The translations under genes and the position numbers were made by a program. From Octopus vulgaris (taxonomy: Eukaryota), in NCBI GenBank assembly GCA_951406725.2, contig OX597825.1:25420001-25484000 (forward strand): 64,000 nucleotides of DNA. Reading direction: 5' to 3'. The notes beneath the pieces were generated by a model. It made no database searches. It was not told the DNA's origin and saw nothing but the letters and a program-made list of their open reading frames with translations. Below are positions 59,055 to 64,000 of this stretch, in pieces (the first letter of the stretch is position 1; every line of letters begins with the position of its first letter).

Positions 59055-59428
59055 ACATTTAAATATGAGAAGGCTGCGCTTGGAGGCGTAAGAGAATATA
59101 TTTTTTCAATGCGTCTGGCGTTATAACATCTGGTGGACGTCACAGACAAGAGAGATAACTCGCATCAGATTCCATTCAAGAGCCATGAGCGACGTTTCGT
59201 CATTTTTGTGATTACCCACGAACTAGCAAAACACATAACTCGTGTATATGTGTTTGCTATTGCTTATATACCTCGAAGTGTTTTTAACTTATATTTGAAG
59301 TTTTTCCGTGGTATCAAACGTTGGGACATATTAGCAGATCGTTCTTACACCGCTTTGCATATTGTCGTAGACAGTGGTTCAGCTTACATCGGGCCTCGTT
59401 TAGGGTACGCGGTATTGACAAGTCACAA

Positions 59429-59659
59429 GGCGGCGAGCTGGCAGAATCGTTAGCACGCCGGGCGAAATGCTAAGCGGTATTTCGTCTGCCGTTATGTTCT
59501 GAGTTCAAATTCCACCGAGGTCGACTTTGCCTTTCATCCTTTCGGGGTCGATTAAATAAGTACCAGTTACGCACTGGGGTCGATATAATCGACTTAATCC
59601 GTTTTTCTGTCCTTGTTTGTCCTCTCTGTGTTTAGCTCCTTGTGGGTAGTAAAGAAATA
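59429..59659 (+). mobile_element. full-length SINE family C with 18-bp TSD
   Basis: TSD GGTATTGACAAGTCACAA at 59411-59428 and 59660-59677. Confidence 0.92.
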
Positions 59660-59876
59660 GGTATTGACAAGTCACAAAAATGACTTATCAATACGAAACA
59701 TTGATGTCTATCGCTTCTGAATGGGATCTGACGCGAGTTATCTCGCTTGTTATGACTTCCAGATGTTTTAACAACAGGCGCATGATGAGAATATATTCTC
59801 TTACGCCTATCAGCGCAGCCTACCTACGAACTAGCAAAACGCATACCATGTATATGTGTGTTCGATATTGTTCATA

Positions 59877-59950
<74 letters not shown>

Positions 59951-59952
<2 letters not shown>

Positions 59953-61252
59953 AGGTGGAGGGAAGTAATTAGGCATTAAAATTTGGTTATAAAATCATAT
60001 TCCTTTTACAAATTTATTGAAACAAATAATACATGTTCTTTATTACATGGGAAAATGAAAGTAAATTGTCATATTTCAACGTAATCACCGGCGACAATAA
60101 CCAGTTATCTCAAACGGCCAAGGATGGAATAAACAACCTTCTGAAGGACGTCGTCTGAGGTATCATTGAGAAAGTCCTGAATCCGTGTCTTCAAGTACTC
60201 CAGTGTGCGAGGTTTTGTCTAGTACTCCTCCACTTTTGTGCAACCCCACAGGTAAAAAATCACACGGAGGAGGGAGATCTGGACATTTTGGAGGCCTATT
60301 CATGGGGCCCACGTCGTTCCATCCAACGTCCTGGAGAATGTTGGTCTAACCACGCACGCGCAGTAAGAGAAAAATGGGGTCGTGCACCATCCTGCATGAA
60401 TATCCGATTACCAATGTTATCCAAGCCAGGCACCGTGGGTCACACGTAATTTTCGAACATCTCTCCATATTCATGGTGTCACGCGGAAGATATGGGTCGA
60501 CGACTCTTGTTGCTGTCATTCCGCATCACACGGTCCTTTTTGGTCGAGCTTGCATCCTCTCAACCGTCATGTTTATCAACCGTCATCTTTATCACACGAT
60601 ACCCAATAACGGTAGTTGTGACGATTGATGAAACCACTATCAGAGAATGCAGACTCGTCACTCCAGAGGATGTTTTGAAACAATTCAGGCCAATATTCAT
60701 GCCAAGCTAGTATTAACTCTCCATATTCCATTCTGCGATCACTCTTCAGGTTTTAGCTCCTGCACATAATGGGGTTTACACGGACGAAAATTCAGTTCTT
60801 TAGGCAACACCGTACGTATTGTGTGTCTTGTTAGTCCACTTTCACGAGCTGCTTGAACTGTTGACTTTTGCAGGCTGCGATTAAACATTTCCTGCTCTGT
60901 TGCCACGTTCTCCGGGGGTCAGGATGTGGTTGGATGGCTACTTCTTGCATCGTTCACAGAGCCCGTGGTCATCAACTTTGCATGACAGCTTTTTATTGTC
61001 TCCAGACGTAATGTTGTATGCTTACCTTTCCATGCTTGCCACCATCTCTGAACCAAAACAGTGGAATTCCACACGTTATGGCATTCTGATATCTTAGCTC
61101 GGTCCTGACCAGTCAAGCAACCGGCCATTAAGAAATAAGAAATAAGATATAAGAAATAAGATATTCCCATTAGTGTTGTCTGCTTTAAAAATGTTTTCGT
61201 CATCACTTCAGTGATACTAAAATTTCTATAAGTAATTTCCACCAACCCTCTG
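59951..61252 (-). mobile_element. decayed Tc1/mariner-superfamily transposon (rosa/DD41D-like)
   Basis: QDGARPHFSLTARAWLDQHSPGRWMERRGPHE, FYLWG and KPRTLEYLKTRIQD remnants; degenerate TIRs. Confidence 0.8.
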
Positions 61253-61274
61253 TGTGTGTGTATATATATATATC

Positions 61275-62466
61275 TATAGATTAAATGGTAAATTACAGCT
61301 CTGAACTAATTGTGGTTTCTGATTTACAGGTGTTTGAACTGAGTCAAGTGTGAAATGGAGCCTGTTGAGTGTCGAGCAGTGATTCGGTTTTTGTATTTGA
61401 AAGGACGCACACCACGGGAAACTTTTGATAAAATGAAAATAACTTATGGTGATGATGCCCCATCCTATGACCTTGTAAAACGCTGGCATCGTGAATTCAA
61501 ACATGGTCGGAACTCTGTGGAAACAGCTCCCATATCTGGTCGCCCCCTTCTGCCATTGATGAGGCAATTGAGGCTGCCATTTTGGAAGATCGACGCATAA
61601 CTATTCGCCAAATAGCCCATGAAGTCAAGATTAGTACCGGGTCTGTGGAAACTATCATTCATGACCATTTGCATATGCAGAAGGTGTCTGCCAGATGGAT
61701 TCCCAGGTTGCTCACACCTTTCCAGAAGCAAGAACGCGTCGAGTGCTCGAGGATGAATTTGGAGATGTGCCAAGAAGATGAGTCAAAATCTTTCAAAAGA
61801 CTGATTGCACAGGATGAAACCTGGGTCCCTCACGATGATCCAGAGACCAAAGCCCAGTCAATGCAGTGGAAGCACCGTGACTCATATCCTCCAAAGAAGG
61901 AAAGGGTGCAGCCCTCCGCTGGCAAAGTCATGCTCACAGTCTTCTGGGACCAGGACGGAGTAGTGATGACAGATTTCCTGGCAAAGGGTACCACAATTAC
62001 AGGAGCCTATTATACTTCACTTTTGAGGAAATTAAGAGAAGCTATCAAAATCAAGAGGCGGGGCAAGATCAGCAAAGGCATCCTCCTCCTGCAGGACAAC
62101 GCTCCGGTCCACAACTTGCATGTCGCCAGATCAGAAGCACAGGCGTGTGGCTATGAACTCCTCCCCCATCCCCCTACTCTCCTGACCTTGCACCCTCTGA
62201 TTTTCACCTCTGCCCAGCCATGAAGTTGTTTTTGAAAAGAAAGCGTTTCCCAGATGATGCAGCCTTGATTTCTGAAGTCACGTCGTGGTTGGAGGACCAA
62301 GCTGGGATCTTCTACAAAAACGGTCTCCAGAGCTGCATCAAACGATGGGAGAAATGCGTAACTCTGGGTGGTTCCAATGTAGAACAAGACGAATAACTGT
62401 GCCAAGTTTCGTTGCTCTACTGCTATGGGAAGTGGGTCAGGGGCATTACGTATTGAACGCCCCTCG
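61275..62466 (+). mobile_element. mariner (D,D34D-type) element with 3' TIR
   Basis: Near-complete transposase; end ...ATTGAACGCCCCTCG-TA. Confidence 0.92.
61355..62395 (+). pseudogene. mariner transposase pseudogene (two frame disruptions)
   Basis: RAVIRFLYLKG..VKRWHREFK, SARWIPRLL, QDETWV, QDNAPVH, then shifted PYSPDLAPSDF..KRWEKCV..*. Confidence 0.9.
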
Positions 62467-62921
62467 TAGACGCTATAGAAATAGACGGTAAATGGCTCTA
62501 AAAGCAACATCAACACTCCGTTAGCTCAGGTTGTATGCGAGCAGATGAATAAATAAATAAATTTATGTGTATGTATGTATATATTATATAAATGGAACAA
62601 GAACACAATAGAGGGCGTTAAAACGTTCAGATAGATAGACGATACAAAGGCGGATAAGTGAACCACAGGCAAAAAAAAAAAAGCAAAAAAAAAAACCCAG
62701 ACGGGTCATACGTGACTTTCTTTCCTCAATCAAGTCCCAGAGGTCACGACCATTTCGGGCAGTTACACTTGAGATGGTTCGATCTGGTTGCTCCCAAATA
62801 GTCTAAGCTAAGAGCACTAGACCTCTTTGTAAGAAAGCTAGCGAATGTGTACGGCAACTAAGACAAAAAAAACTAACAACCGAAAAAGAAAAAAAACGGG
62901 GAACATAGTACACAATTACGA

Positions 62922-63011
<90 letters not shown>

Positions 63012-63359
63012 TATGTTTATGTATGTGTATAAACACACGCGTATATATATGTATACACACACACTTATACACATGAACACGTATACACGGATACACTGTC
63101 ATAAATCATATATATTCAACAATAAAAAAAAGAACGCGCATAGACATATGCTTCACAAACGTAAAGTCGGTCACAGATAAACACAAAACATACGGCTAAC
63201 ATGTTGGCACATACATACACTCACACACTCTCCTATGCAAACACTTTGCGCAAACAAATTACCGACCTCTTTTGTTGACATCTGAAACCGAGACTTCATT
63301 TCCGGTCATCATCTTATTTCAAGAGTCTACTTTATCTCGAGAAACAAGCTGTTTGTTCA

Positions 63360-63375
63360 AATATATATATATATG

Positions 63376-63434
<59 letters not shown>

Positions 63435-63547
63435 ATATATATATATGTATATATATGTATGTACGTACGTACATATGTATGTATGTATGTATGTGTATAT
63501 GTATATATATAATATGAATAATATAAATATATACATATATATATACG

Positions 63548-63610
<63 letters not shown>

Positions 63611-63611
63611 G

Positions 63612-63644
<33 letters not shown>

Positions 63645-63724
63645 GTGTAAATATATTCATATATATATAATATATATTATTATTATTTATATTATACACA
63701 TATAATATAAATATATACACATAC

Positions 63725-63782
<58 letters not shown>

Positions 63783-63847
63783 TATATATATATTACTATT
63801 ATTATCATTTATATCATATATATATATATCCATATACATACATATAT

Positions 63848-63898
<51 letters not shown>

Positions 63899-63942
63899 TA
63901 TATATATAAGACATATATATTTTATTATTATTTACATATATA

Positions 63943-64000
<58 letters not shown>
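63360..64000. repeat. (TA)n-rich low-complexity tract
   Basis: Directly visible. Confidence 0.95.

Noticed and set aside
61582-62223. Intact or domesticated (SETMAR-like) transposase gene
   Set aside because: Frame disruptions separate the HTH region and the YSPDL motif, and no SET exon is seen

Overview
AT-rich eukaryotic non-coding DNA dominated by microsatellites and transposable elements. The SINE families and repeat density suggest an octopus or other coleoid cephalopod (inference, not searched). No host protein-coding gene is supported; nearly all listed ORFs are translations of simple repeats. Contents: about 40 copies of tRNA-derived SINEs in three main families, five decayed Tc1/mariner elements, two Helitron-like elements, and several Penelope-like element (PLE) pieces. 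The PLE pieces include one young 5'-truncated copy with an open RT-thumb/GIY-YIG frame at 18730-19626. The main result is a set of hammerhead ribozyme (HHR) motifs found by hand, mostly minimal type I with palindromic stem III, in short PLE-derived inserts. Three related inserts (31.0, 36.4 and 47.2 kb) share a 34-nt terminal motif. Their HHRs covary at core positions 3-8 (U-A, G-C, C-G) and in stem II. Three inserts are long foldback palindromes with 88-298 bp arms. A separate type III HHR-like motif lies at 32.0 kb. All folds were assigned by eye, cleavage is untested, and repeat boundaries are approximate.
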